Source of the DNA: Candidatus Binatia bacterium
Lineage (GTDB): Bacteria; Desulfobacterota; Binatia; UBA9968; CAXXLF01
Direction: 5' to 3'
Length of the DNA stretch: 64,000 nt
Assembly: GCA_963664015.2 (NCBI GenBank)
Contig: CAXXLF010000002.1
Location: forward strand, 640,001 to 704,000
Below, piece after piece: positions 10,336-20,517 of the stretch. The notes under the pieces are model-generated. The model was not told where the DNA came from. It made no database searches and was given only the letters and a program-made list of their open reading frames with translations. The first letter of the stretch is position 1. Each line of letters begins with the position of its first letter. The position numbers and the translations under genes are program-made.

Positions 10336-11770
10336 ATGGTCTTTCTCTTTCTACGGCACTGACAAGTTCATCAAACCAGCAAAGCTCATCCCTCAAGAGG
10401 ACCACCGCTCCGATAACCGCGAGAACCGGCGTCTTTATCCCTATAGACCGCTCACAAATACTGCCCAGAGTGCCCGTGACGGTTTCCTGCTCGTGGGTCG
10501 TTCCCGAACGAATCAAGGCAATGGGCGTTTCCGGACCTCGGCCATGGCCCAGGAGTTGGGCCACAATGTGGGGCAGATTACTGAGTCCCATGACAATGAC
10601 GAGCGTATCCACGGCTGACGCCAAGCCCGACCAATTGATCGACGGTTCACTTTTAATGGCCTCGTGTCCCGTGATCACTGCAAAGGATGAAGAGACCCCT
10701 CTGTAGGTCAGTGGAATACCAGCATATGCAGGAACGGCCACGACCGAAGTGACGCCCGGCACGATCTCGAAAGGAATGCCGGCCTTTGCTAATGCCAGGG
10801 CTTCTTCACCACCGCGCCCAAAGACGAAGGGATCCCCCCCCTTGAGACGGACCACCCGGTTCCCCAAACGAGCCTGGGAAATGAGAACGCGGTTGATCTC
10901 TTCTTGAGGAAGCAGGTGGTGCCCCGCTTCTTTGCCGACAAAAATAATTGTCGCTACGCTGCGACACCGCTGGATGAAATCGGGGTTAACCAGGCGGTCG
11001 TAAACGACCACATCCGCATTACTCAACAGCTCCCGGGCCCGCACCGTCATGAGATCCGGATGGCCCGGCCCTGCACCGACGAGGTAAACCATGCCCAATG
11101 CCGGCTTAACCAAACGCTCCCCTTTCTCCTGTCCTTCCGACTGATAGCTCTGCCTCAGTTGTTTACGGAGTAGGATTTTTGCCTCACCATGCTTTCCCTC
11201 CCGGATCAGGCGGCGCATGTCGCCCTTCAAGGCCTTGCCCCAGGCCGCGGCACTAGGCACGGGTAAGTCGTTGCTTAGCTCCTGACGCACCTCAGCCGCA
11301 ATACGCGTGATGTCGGCGTACTCACGGCCGATCGTCTCCTCGAGCTCTTCCCTGACTACCTTGGAAAACGCAGGGCTTTTCCCTCCGGATCCCACGGCAA
11401 CCGTCAGATCACCCCGCTTGAGAACCGACGGGACAATGAAATCGCAATGGCGAGGATCATCCGCCACATTGACCCATACACCCAGCTTTCGTCCTTCCTC
11501 GGCGACGGATTCATTGACACGCTCGTCACCAATGGCAACAAAGGCAACCTCATACCCTGCCAGGTCACCCGACCGATAACCGCGCGCCTCGTATCGGATC
11601 TTCCCCTCGTTAAGCCACAACCGAAGCTGTTCCGTAATGTCGGGACTGATAACGGACACGCTCGCACCCGCATCAAGGAGGCTTTCCACCTTGCGCTCAG
11701 CGACGGCACCCCCTCCAAGCACCAGGCAAGGGCGTTTCGACATATCGAGAAAGACCGGATAGTATCCCAT
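10304..11770 (-). CDS. cysG: Siroheme synthase (precorrin-2 dehydrogenase/ferrochelatase plus uroporphyrinogen-III C-methyltransferase)
   Basis: GGGAVAERK and NVADD (dehydrogenase part); VGAGPG and RLKGGDPFVFGRGGEE (methyltransferase part). Confidence 0.95.
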   Translation of the reverse strand: MGYYPVFLDMSKRPCLVLGGGAVAERKVESLLDAGASVSVISPDITEQLRLWLNEGKIRYEARGYRSGDLAGYEVAFVAIGDERVNESVAEEGRKLGVWVNVADDPRHCDFIVPSVLKRGDLTVAVGSGGKSPAFSKVVREELEETIGREYADITRIAAEVRQELSNDLPVPSAAAWGKALKGDMRRLIREGKHGEAKILLRKQLRQSYQSEGQEKGERLVKPALGMVYLVGAGPGHPDLMTVRARELLSNADVVVYDRLVNPDFIQRCRSVATIIFVGKEAGHHLLPQEEINRVLISQARLGNRVVRLKGGDPFVFGRGGEEALALAKAGIPFEIVPGVTSVVAVPAYAGIPLTYRGVSSSFAVITGHEAIKSEPSINWSGLASAVDTLVIVMGLSNLPHIVAQLLGHGRGPETPIALIRSGTTHEQETVTGTLGSICERSIGIKTPVLAVIGAVVLLRDELCWFDELVSAVERERPFDGDRSQIQP

Positions 11771-11895
11771 GAGTTTTCTTACGCTAAGACTGAAAAGCTC
11801 TGTACCATCTTAATTTAATTATCTTTTGCGCTACCCGGTGTCAACTCGCAACGAATTGTAGGGACGCAAGGAGCGAAAAGCACAGTGCCGAATTC

Positions 11896-12678
11896 CTAGA
11901 AAACGAAACGGATCCCTACGGCAAAAAGACAGGCCGCCAGAATCGGCCTGACCACTCGGTCGGGCAAACGGTTTCCAAGATGACTACCCAGATAGGTCCC
12001 CGGCAGGGCGCCAATAAGCAAAGCGCCTAACAATGCGTAATCCACGTTGCCGATCTGCAAGTGTCCCAATCCGGCAATGGCCGTCAAAGGAACCGCATAG
12101 GCCAGGTCAGTCCCTGCAATGGCGATGATGGGGAGCCTGGGGTATAAAAAGAGCACCATCGCCGCACCCAGAACACCGGCACCCACAGATGACAAAGTTA
12201 CAAGGATTCCAACGATTACCCCCGCCAGAACGGTAAATAGCCCTCGGTGATGACGAAAAACTCCCGTAATGGAATTGAGAGTATTGGATTTTTCTGAAGG
12301 GTGCCCTGCGGACTTAAAGACGAGCACTATGGAAGTCAGTATGAGGGCAACGCTCAACACCAAGGTAATGAAGCGATCGTAATCAATCCCCAGGGACATG
12401 AGTTTTTTCAAGAGAAAAACCGTGAGGATAGCCGATGGTACGCTCCCGGCAGCTAACAGGCCGACAATGTTCCAACGAATCGACCCGTGACGACTATGAA
12501 CCCAGACTCCAGCACATTTGGTCACTGACGCATAGAGCAAGTCTGTACCTACGGCAATCGAGGGAGAAACCCCAAAAACCAGCACGAGAATCGGTGTCAT
12601 CAGGGAGCCACCACCCATCCCCGTCAGACCAATGAGTATGCCAACTGTGAAGCCCACTAAGGGGAGTGCAAAATCCAT
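11896..12678 (-). CDS. Sulfite exporter TauE/SafE family permease
   Basis: GLTGMGGGSLMTP, AVGTDL and SSVGAG motifs; last gene of the cys block. Confidence 0.9.
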   Translation of the reverse strand: MDFALPLVGFTVGILIGLTGMGGGSLMTPILVLVFGVSPSIAVGTDLLYASVTKCAGVWVHSRHGSIRWNIVGLLAAGSVPSAILTVFLLKKLMSLGIDYDRFITLVLSVALILTSIVLVFKSAGHPSEKSNTLNSITGVFRHHRGLFTVLAGVIVGILVTLSSVGAGVLGAAMVLFLYPRLPIIAIAGTDLAYAVPLTAIAGLGHLQIGNVDYALLGALLIGALPGTYLGSHLGNRLPDRVVRPILAACLFAVGIRFVF

Positions 12679-12793
12679 TTTCGTTATCCATCTCTACGTT
12701 CATACCACGCTTCTTTGATTCCCTGATCATGATCGCGTTGCCCGCTAGGCTCAAGGAGCCCAACCTAACTATGAGCCGGGGTCCAGGCTGAGA

Positions 12794-12837
12794 AACTCCC
12801 GACCTTATCTTGCTTATCTTGCCACGGGAGTCCAGCC
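12794..12837. repeat. Stem-loop enclosing a 9-bp tandem duplication
   Basis: GGCTG..ACTCCCG pairs with CGGGAGT.CAGCC around TTATCTTGC x2. Confidence 0.4.
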
Positions 12838-12884
12838 GATCACCGAATTTTACTGTTTAACAGGAACCTGAACCGTCAACCATG

Positions 12885-14078
12885 TCACGCTAGATCCCCC
12901 GTACGGGTCCAATCGGACAAGATCTTATCAACTTCGGGGCGAGTAAATTCCTCAGGCAACGGATCGCCACTGCCCAGAAGTTCCCTTACCCGGGTACCTG
13001 ATAGCGCTACCCGATGAGAGGCATCGTGAGGACAGGTCTTAGCTGAGGCAACAGCACCGCAACGGCGGCAGAAAAACGTCTCAGAAAAATAGAGCGGTGT
13101 GATATCCAACTCGGTGCGCTCAAATTGGCCGAAAAGATCCCATGCGTCGTACGGGCCGTAGTATCCCCCGAAACCGGCTGCATCACGCCCCACGATAAAG
13201 TGAGTGCAACCGTAGTTTTTCCGCACCAGGGCATGAAAGACGGCCTCTCTCGGCCCCGCGTAGCGCATGGCACCGGGGAAAACCGACAGCATGGCACGTT
13301 CTTTGGGAAAATAGTGTTCGATCAACACTTCATAACAACGCAGACGGACATCCGACGGGATATCGTCCAGCTTGGTTTTCCCGACCAGAGGATGAATTAA
13401 CAGACCGTCCATCAGCTCCAAGGCACATTTCTGGATATACTCGTGAGAGCGATGAATCGGATTACGGGTCTGAAAGCCAACCACCGTACGCCAGCCTATC
13501 TTCTTGAAAACGGCTCGGTTTTCCACGGGGTCAAGCCTGTAGGCCTCGAAGGCCCTCGGCAACTGAGGTCTCTCGAGCAGGTTGATCCTGCCGCCAAGAA
13601 GGACATCCCCGCGTTGGTGAAGATACCAGACCCCCGGATGGCGATCCTCGTCCGTCCGATAGACCTCCATGGCCTCTTTTCTCTTGTCGTAGGCAAAGAT
13701 CTCGTCCAGCTTGAGAATACCGACGGTTTCTCCCGTGGAGTCAAGAAGCGCCACGTCCTCCCCTTCGCGAAGCTCTTTAGCCTCTTCCGAATCTACGGCC
13801 AGGGTGATGGGCAGGGTCCAAGGCAAACCCGATGAGAGGCGCATATCATTAATAACCCCCTCGTAATCCTTCTTCCCCATAAACCCTTCCAGTGGGCTGA
13901 CGGCCCCGATAGCCAACAGCTCGAGATCGGAAAAGGTTCGCGCGTTCAATGCAACCTTCTTCAACTCCTTGGCCTTGGCCTTGACCTCTTCCCGCTCCTG
14001 ACCGCTTAAAACTCTGTTGACTAGAGACCCGCCGTGGGGGCGGATCTGTCCGACTCCATAATCTTCGGTATTCATCAT
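12885..14078 (-). CDS. sat: Sulfate adenylyltransferase
   Basis: PHGG, FQTRNPIHRSHE, YAGPREA and HFIVGRD motifs. Confidence 0.96.
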   Translation of the reverse strand: MMNTEDYGVGQIRPHGGSLVNRVLSGQEREEVKAKAKELKKVALNARTFSDLELLAIGAVSPLEGFMGKKDYEGVINDMRLSSGLPWTLPITLAVDSEEAKELREGEDVALLDSTGETVGILKLDEIFAYDKRKEAMEVYRTDEDRHPGVWYLHQRGDVLLGGRINLLERPQLPRAFEAYRLDPVENRAVFKKIGWRTVVGFQTRNPIHRSHEYIQKCALELMDGLLIHPLVGKTKLDDIPSDVRLRCYEVLIEHYFPKERAMLSVFPGAMRYAGPREAVFHALVRKNYGCTHFIVGRDAAGFGGYYGPYDAWDLFGQFERTELDITPLYFSETFFCRRCGAVASAKTCPHDASHRVALSGTRVRELLGSGDPLPEEFTRPEVDKILSDWTRTGDLA

Positions 14079-14086
14079 TGACTCCT

Positions 14087-14812
14087 TTAGGCAGATTTGA
14101 CGTGAAGCCCGCATTCCTTGGACTCAGGCATTTCCCACCACCAGCGGCCGGCGCGAACGTCCTCGCCGGGTTGGATCGCCCGCGTACAGGGCGAACATCC
14201 GATGCTGGGGAATCCACGGTCATGAAGCTTGTTGTAGGGCACATCGTGTTCGTGGATATAGTCCCATACTTGTTTTTCACTCCAATCGCCAATGGGGTTG
14301 AGCTTGATGATCGAACCATGGGCCTGATCGATCTCGATCTTATCCGTTTGCGTGCGAGTCATAGCCTGTTCGCGCCGCAAGCCCGTAATCCAGGCCTTGA
14401 GATCCTTGAGGGCGCGATTCAAGGGCTCTATCTTTCGGATACCACAGCAAAACTTCCGACCGTCGATGCTTTGCCGGAAGGAATAGAGGCCCTGTTCTCT
14501 CTCCAGCTTCTCCACCGCGGTAGCGTTGGGAAAGTAGACTTCAATTGAAATGCCGTACTTCTCCCGCACCCCTTCCATGACCTCGTAGGTCTCTTCATGG
14601 AGACGACCGGTGTCGAGGCTAAAGACTCGAAAGTTGGGATCCAAGCGCCAAAGCATATCAATCAGGACAACATCCTCGGCTCCAAAACTGGAGGCCAGTG
14701 CCAAATCGCCGGAGTATTCCTTCAACGCCCAACTCAGAAGCTTCTCCGCGCTTTGGCTTTCGAATTCCTGATTTAACTGATCAATGTTCAATGCTGGTGT
14801 GGTCGATGACAT
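14087..14812 (-). CDS. cysH: Adenosine 5'-phosphosulfate reductase, 4Fe-4S type
   Basis: SFGAED, DTG, CC pair (FCCGIRK), SIGCSPC and ECGLH. Confidence 0.93.
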   Translation of the reverse strand: MSSTTPALNIDQLNQEFESQSAEKLLSWALKEYSGDLALASSFGAEDVVLIDMLWRLDPNFRVFSLDTGRLHEETYEVMEGVREKYGISIEVYFPNATAVEKLEREQGLYSFRQSIDGRKFCCGIRKIEPLNRALKDLKAWITGLRREQAMTRTQTDKIEIDQAHGSIIKLNPIGDWSEKQVWDYIHEHDVPYNKLHDRGFPSIGCSPCTRAIQPGEDVRAGRWWWEMPESKECGLHVKSA

Positions 14813-14852
14813 CTTTTTCCCCCTCTCTCTTATTGTAATTTTTGACTCATTT

Positions 14853-15437
14853 TTAATTAGTTCTCGCGGCGCCCAGATTTTTGAGCAGCGTCGCAACGTC
14901 AAACCGTGAGCCGGCTGCGATCCGAACGGCAAAACGTTGCCTGGGATCAAGGTCAGGCTCGAGTGCGAAATCGGTCTCGCCGTATACGTTCTTGGCCAGA
15001 GCATCCAGACCGGAACGAACCGCCTGAAAGGTTTCTTCCGTGTTGGGTGAAAGCAGCCGGTCGTTGATCAGAAACAACATTTCCCCGCCCAAGAACTTGA
15101 ACTTCCCTTGAAGCGACGGTTCCGTTTCGATTCTGCAGCAGGTTTCCAGAGTCGATGCCAATACGGTCCGTAACTTCTCCAGAGTCGTACCACTGAGGGG
15201 TTGCTTTTGATTGTAGAGCAGCCCCAGCCGGTTCCCGGTCTGATCGATGCTGATATTGGCCTCGTGGGCGAGCAGCAAGACCCCGGGCCCCGCGTGCATA
15301 TGGCTGTAGTCCGCCACGTCGTGAAAGTCTCCGTCGGTCGCCTGTATCCAGGAATGGAAGATCGGGATAAAGGCAGACATTGGGACGCCATCGGGCTCAG
15401 CGACAAAGATCTTGAAATTTATTTTTTGAACGTCCAT
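14853..15437 (-). CDS. Conserved hypothetical protein inside the sulfate assimilation operon
   Basis: 194 aa with FHSWIQ, DVADYSH, GPGVLL and INDRL motifs; between sulfite reductase and cysH. Confidence 0.75.
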   Translation of the reverse strand: MDVQKINFKIFVAEPDGVPMSAFIPIFHSWIQATDGDFHDVADYSHMHAGPGVLLLAHEANISIDQTGNRLGLLYNQKQPLSGTTLEKLRTVLASTLETCCRIETEPSLQGKFKFLGGEMLFLINDRLLSPNTEETFQAVRSGLDALAKNVYGETDFALEPDLDPRQRFAVRIAAGSRFDVATLLKNLGAARTN

Positions 15438-15451
15438 CGTTCGTGATCCGA

Positions 15452-17725
15452 TCAGGGAGTCGACTGAGCGCCCATGAGGCGTCCATAGCAACTATGGGCG
15501 GCGTCAATGAACAACTGTGCCTCTTCTATTCGTTGATGGGCCAGGTCTTGGGTCGTCTTTCCGTTACCTCCATTTTTCTTCAACGATTCGTCGGCCATAA
15601 AAAGAAAATCCGCAAACTTGCTACCGGCATACTTATCATGGAACACCTTGGTATCGTAAAAACGCGCGCGAAATTCGGCGAGGATCGTCTCCGGATCGTC
15701 TGGGATATCCGCATATTGGGTCTTGATGAGCCCCTGGGCCGCGTGCAGCATGGAGCGATACGCCGTCTGTACTGCCTTTCCGAAATCACAGTTGTCGAGC
15801 ATTATCTGTGACTCGAATAGCTCGCGCTCGCTGCCTGCAAGGGTAAACTGTGCCTGGGAAACGACCTCTCCCGCGCATTCGCCGATTCCCATGTCTTTGA
15901 GCGTGAACTCCCGCGGATCGCCCCAATCGCTGTAATAGGAGGGGTCCACGTCATGGGAAGGGACACGGGTCAGGTCTTCCAACAGACGCTTGACCTCCAG
16001 CTTGCCGATCCTGCTGATGAAGTCCTGAAAGCTCTCCCCCTTCTCCCGCTCCCGAACAAAACGCTCGGTAACCCGTGTAACCACATCCGGTACGCGCTTG
16101 GAAGGAATCGCCCCAACGGCAAGCCCATAGGAGCCCCCATTGTCTTTCCATTTGCCGCCAAGAACCACTTGAAAATGAGGCACCGTATAGGAACCGATAT
16201 TCCGGCTGATTCCATAGAAACCGATGTCGGCCACATGATGCTGGCCACAGGAATTGAAGCAGCCACTGATTTTGATTCGCAGCCCCTTGACCGCCTCGTC
16301 AAGCTCGAGGCTCTTTTCGCCCAACCGGGTGCGCAACTCTTTGGCTAGCCCCCTGGAAGAAGCAATGCCCAACTTACAGGTATCGGTGCCCGGGCAAGCC
16401 GTCACGTCCACAATCGTTCCAGCATTGGGCTGTCCTAGTCCGATCTGGCAAAGGGCCGAATAGAGCTCGTGAAGATCGGATTCGGTGATCCAACGGAAGA
16501 TGATATTCTGTTCTACTGTCGTGCGAATGGTGTCCTTTACAAAACGACGGGCAATGGATGCGAGGCCACGAAACTGGTCGGCGGAAAGATCCCCTAAAGG
16601 CAGAGTCACAGTGGCTACGACATAACCCGCCTGACTCTGATGATAAACATTGGTCGCAGTCCACGCCTCGAACCCATCCGGAGGTGTGGCTCCATTCATG
16701 GTCACACCTTTTTTCAAAGGCTCTTCCGTCGGCTCGTTGACCGTGGCAAGAAAGTCCGTCCAACGGGGATCCGGTGTCAATTTGCCGCGCTCCTCCAGGA
16801 CGAGCTTGCGGAACTCCTCGATTCCAAGCTTAGTCACCAGGAACTTCACCCGGGCACGGGCCCGGTTACGCTTTTCGCCCAGGCGGGCAAAAACCCGAGC
16901 CATCGCTTGCGCGACGGGCAATAGCTCCTCTTCCGGCAGGAACTCATCAAAGAGCTTGGCCTGATGGGGAACAGCACCCAATCCTCCGCCAACATAAAAC
17001 TCGAAGCCGCGGCGTTCCGTACCACCGACGACTTTCGTCTTAGCGATTGCCCCCATATCATGCATGCTGGTAAGGCCGCACGCCTCCCCTTTACAACCGG
17101 AGAAGGCGATCTTGAATTTCCTGCCAAAGTCCTGCGTATCGGGATGGCCCAGCAAGAAGTTGGAGCAAGCCACCGCATAGGGAGTCACATCGAAGACCTC
17201 ACTATTGCAAACTCCCGCGATCGGACAAGCAGTAACGTTGCGAACGACGTTACCGCAAGCCTCCCGGGTAGTGATACCAACGGCAGCAAGGCGGCGCATA
17301 ATCGTCGGCGTGTCGTCAATATGAATAAAATGGAACTGAAAGTCCTGACGGGTCGTCACGTGAGAAACCCCATCCGAATACTCCTCGGAAAGGTCTGCCA
17401 GAACCTCCATTTGCTCCGGATTAAGACCCCCAAAAGGAATCTTGATACGCATCATACCCGGCGCGTCCCACACGGTTTCGGGGCCCTTGGTCAATCCATT
17501 GGATGGAAGTTTTAATTGCTGTGTCCTTGTTCCGTCGTTCCTCTGGCCGTTATCGTAGCGCTGCCCGTAAACACCCCGGCGCAACCGAGTCTCTGCAAAG
17601 ACCTTCTCCTCGATCTTTCCTTGCTTGCGAAGCTCGATTTGGGTCTCAAAGATATCGATCTCACGGGCCAATTCCTGCGGCATCCGATCGGCAAGCTTTT
17701 CTTTCCAGCTCAGAAGATTACCCAT
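15452..17725 (-). CDS. Ferredoxin-type sulfite/nitrite reductase hemoprotein with C-terminal HEPN-like extension
   Basis: RLRRGVYGQR, TTRQD, CPGTDTC and SGCFNSCGQ siroheme/4Fe-4S motifs; first gene of the cys operon. Confidence 0.92.
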   Translation of the reverse strand: MGNLLSWKEKLADRMPQELAREIDIFETQIELRKQGKIEEKVFAETRLRRGVYGQRYDNGQRNDGTRTQQLKLPSNGLTKGPETVWDAPGMMRIKIPFGGLNPEQMEVLADLSEEYSDGVSHVTTRQDFQFHFIHIDDTPTIMRRLAAVGITTREACGNVVRNVTACPIAGVCNSEVFDVTPYAVACSNFLLGHPDTQDFGRKFKIAFSGCKGEACGLTSMHDMGAIAKTKVVGGTERRGFEFYVGGGLGAVPHQAKLFDEFLPEEELLPVAQAMARVFARLGEKRNRARARVKFLVTKLGIEEFRKLVLEERGKLTPDPRWTDFLATVNEPTEEPLKKGVTMNGATPPDGFEAWTATNVYHQSQAGYVVATVTLPLGDLSADQFRGLASIARRFVKDTIRTTVEQNIIFRWITESDLHELYSALCQIGLGQPNAGTIVDVTACPGTDTCKLGIASSRGLAKELRTRLGEKSLELDEAVKGLRIKISGCFNSCGQHHVADIGFYGISRNIGSYTVPHFQVVLGGKWKDNGGSYGLAVGAIPSKRVPDVVTRVTERFVREREKGESFQDFISRIGKLEVKRLLEDLTRVPSHDVDPSYYSDWGDPREFTLKDMGIGECAGEVVSQAQFTLAGSERELFESQIMLDNCDFGKAVQTAYRSMLHAAQGLIKTQYADIPDDPETILAEFRARFYDTKVFHDKYAGSKFADFLFMADESLKKNGGNGKTTQDLAHQRIEEAQLFIDAAHSCYGRLMGAQSTP

Positions 17726-17756
17726 GATAAATTCTCCTCATAGGCGATGAATTAAT

Positions 17757-17784
17757 TAATTCCTGAGTTTTTTTATCGGAATTA
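17757..17784. promoter_or_regulatory. Palindromic operator upstream of the cys operon (Rrf2/IscR/CymR-like)
   Basis: TAATTCCTGA-N8-TCGGAATTA imperfect inverted repeat between the promoter and the RBS. Confidence 0.5.
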
Positions 17785-17798
17785 TCCATTAATATAGG

Positions 17799-17827
17799 TT
17801 TTTATCGCTTACAGGCGCCTATGTCAA
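17799..17827 (-). promoter_or_regulatory. Sigma70 promoter of the cys operon
   Basis: TTGACA-17 bp-TAAAAA on the minus strand. Confidence 0.6.
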
Positions 17828-18023
17828 CCCTATTCAACAAATTTCAAGATCAATGTCAAGGGACAACTTATACAATCGGAAAAATCAGTTATAGCAAAAT
17901 GGACCTAATAGGGCAATATTAGTGGGAAAAGATGCCTACTCCCCAAAAGAGACGTGAACTATTGGGTAAAAGGGAGAGATTCAGAAGCCGAATTCTGGAG
18001 GGTCTTGACAATTTAGCTGGGAA

Positions 18024-19250
18024 TCAGGGTTTGGGAAGCTTAAGCTGCTGCCCAACCGTAATCAAGTTAATGTTAGAAAGTCCGTTGATACTCTGGATTT
18101 CACGAATGGAAATTCTATAGGCCATGGCGATGTGTGATAGGGTCTCACCCCGTGCCACTCGATGGTTAACCCAAGGACCATTGACGACCCTCTGATGGGC
18201 CTCGGCAAAGATCTCAATTTTTTCCGATGGAATCTTGACCCGATACCATTTGGGGATGAGCCTGATATTTCGACTCAATGCAGGGTTCCAACTCAAGAAC
18301 TCGCGGCGGGACACCACAGCAAAGCGAAGCAGGACGGATAGGGCTATGGGCTGATCCAATTTCAGCTCCTGAAAATTCCTCGGTAGATCGTATTCAATCT
18401 CTGGAAAATACTCTCGATCCCGGAGCGCCACCTCTACTGCGGCCACAAACTCCGCATAAAAGTTTTTCGACGCCACTCCGAACCGACGACTCTTATCGTG
18501 TTTAATGAGATCGGTGAGATCGCCGGACCCGACACGCATCACGGCTCGTTGAATTCCAGCCCTTCCGTGATTGTAAGCGGTGATAGCCAGAGGCCAGTCG
18601 TTAAACATTTCAAAGTTTTCTTCCAGCAGGCTAGCCGCCGCCCGGGTGGATTCCAATGGATCCTTCCTCTCGTCCACGGTGGAAGTTATACGGAGGTAGC
18701 GCTTCCCGGTCCGGCGCATGAACTGCCAAATGCCGACAGCACCAGCACGGGAGCGGGCATTGAGCTGAAAGGAGGATTCGATTAGTGGCAAGTAGGCAAG
18801 CTCAACCGGAAGTTCTCTCTTGCGGAAAATTTCCTGCATCTGGTCCAGATAACGCTGGGATTGCTGCAAACCCGAGATAAAACGTTCCTTGACCCCCCGT
18901 TGAGCCATTACCCGGCGTACGGATTTTAGACCGTGCTCGTTAGCGATCCTTTTTCTCTCTCTTCGGATGAGCGAGCGCAATCGACGACTTTTACCGATGT
19001 TCACTACCTTATAAATCTTAGATTGATCTTTAGAATCGTAGAAAACGATTTCCGACCTGCGGTAACGGGTAAAAATTTGCTTCCAGAACTCAATCGCAGT
19101 GTTAAGACCGGCAGGGACGGGAAAGGGATGACCGTTACGCGCGACAGATTTCCCCGCCTGGAAATCTTGGGCGCCTACAAGATTTAAGGGAAGGAAAGAT
19201 AGGGCCAACAAACAAAGACCCAAGTTTCTACAAATTACACCTTTGACCAT
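18024..19250 (-). CDS. Lytic murein transglycosylase with LysM domain (MltD-like)
   Basis: IESSF, AGAVGIWQFM and AYNHG SLT motifs; C-terminal LysM (HRVARGETLSHIA). Confidence 0.9.
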   Translation of the reverse strand: MVKGVICRNLGLCLLALSFLPLNLVGAQDFQAGKSVARNGHPFPVPAGLNTAIEFWKQIFTRYRRSEIVFYDSKDQSKIYKVVNIGKSRRLRSLIRRERKRIANEHGLKSVRRVMAQRGVKERFISGLQQSQRYLDQMQEIFRKRELPVELAYLPLIESSFQLNARSRAGAVGIWQFMRRTGKRYLRITSTVDERKDPLESTRAAASLLEENFEMFNDWPLAITAYNHGRAGIQRAVMRVGSGDLTDLIKHDKSRRFGVASKNFYAEFVAAVEVALRDREYFPEIEYDLPRNFQELKLDQPIALSVLLRFAVVSRREFLSWNPALSRNIRLIPKWYRVKIPSEKIEIFAEAHQRVVNGPWVNHRVARGETLSHIAMAYRISIREIQSINGLSNINLITVGQQLKLPKP

Positions 19251-19499
19251 GGTAGAGACAGGAGGAAAACTTAATAAAATCATAATAACCAGTCCACCAT
19301 TTTGGGTCAAGCCAAGAGAGACATTCAAAAGTCTTTCTCAAACTATTCGCATCTAGCACAAAAATCAAACCATGGCTTTTTCGATCCTCCTTCACGATCG
19401 AAAAAGCGATTGACTGGAAAGCCCCATCTCCCAGTGCGGCATTGCCTATTGCACTGCGAGATGGTAGAAGAGGCAAAATCATTTGCGAGGTAACCGGCA

Positions 19500-20060
19500 A
19501 TGGAACTTTACTCAGCTACCACCTGACCGTTTGCGCACAGGACTAGGATTGTCCTCGCCGAAAAGCAGTTACCTTACAAACTCATCGAAATCGACCTCAA
19601 ACGTAAACCCAAGGCCCTTTGGCAGAAGAACCCATACGGTAAGGTCCCCGTACTCATAGACGGGGATACGGTCGTTTACGAATCTGCTATCATCAACCAA
19701 TACCTTGAGGAACGGTACCCCCAAAGCCCTCTGATGCCTAAGGACCCCGCTCAAAGAGCCAGGGCAAGGATCTGGATCGACTTCTGCAATTCCCGCCTCC
19801 AACAGGCCGCCAGTGACTTTCGTCACAACAGGGAACCGGAGAAGGCGCAAAAAAGATTGGATAAAGACCTGCACACCTTGGACCAGGAGATGAGCCACCG
19901 AGAGTATATCGCCGGTGCTTATTCACTGGGTGATATCACCTACACCCCTTTTTTCTTGCGCCAGAAACAATATAAAATCTCCATCGGCGACGACATGCCG
20001 CATTTAAAAGCATGGATGAGCCGCATCATGGACCGGCCCGCCGTACGTTCTACTTTGTAA
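19500..20060 (+). CDS. Glutathione S-transferase (Omega/SspA-like), probable selenoprotein with Sec at codon 9
   Basis: ATG at 19500 reads MELYSATT-(TGA 19524-19526)-PFAHRTRIVLAEK...NPYGKVPVL...ESAIINQYLEE and is in frame with ORF 19734..20060; TGA occupies the Cys of the CPFA motif. Confidence 0.85.
19533..19558 (+). promoter_or_regulatory. Candidate bacterial SECIS hairpin after the GST UGA
   Basis: GCG/CGC plus AGGAC/GTCCT stem with a G-containing loop (TAGGATT); the AGGAC arm starts 12 nt after the TGA. Confidence 0.45.
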
Positions 20061-20517
20061 CCGTTGCCCCCGCCAGGGGGGTAAATGTACCGAGACGCCA
20101 CGCTTCAGTCCCCCAATCGACCCCCTCAATTTCGGGACCGAAACAGTACGGGTCCTCTCAGTCTAATTAAGAACACTACACACCTTATTTAACAGGAACG
20201 TGCAATGGGTGGGGGAACAGTCGGATCAGGAACCACTGATGCAACCAGAAGATCGCTTGACTCAACATGGTTGATAAAAAACGGTTACGATTAATGTCAA
20301 TCCGGATCCACACGCCAATTAGGACAAGCCCGGTAGGGATTTACCGGTCTGTTCTTTGCGAGATTTGGAACATCTATGCCCCTTTTCTGAGTTGTTCATC
20401 ACAAAATCGGAATTGGATGGCGCGTTTTAGACTAGGGCTGGCAACGGGAGCAATCGCGTTGGAATAGCGACGTATTGGGAGTGTGCTAAGGGAATTGACG
20501 CAGGAACAATGGGAGGA

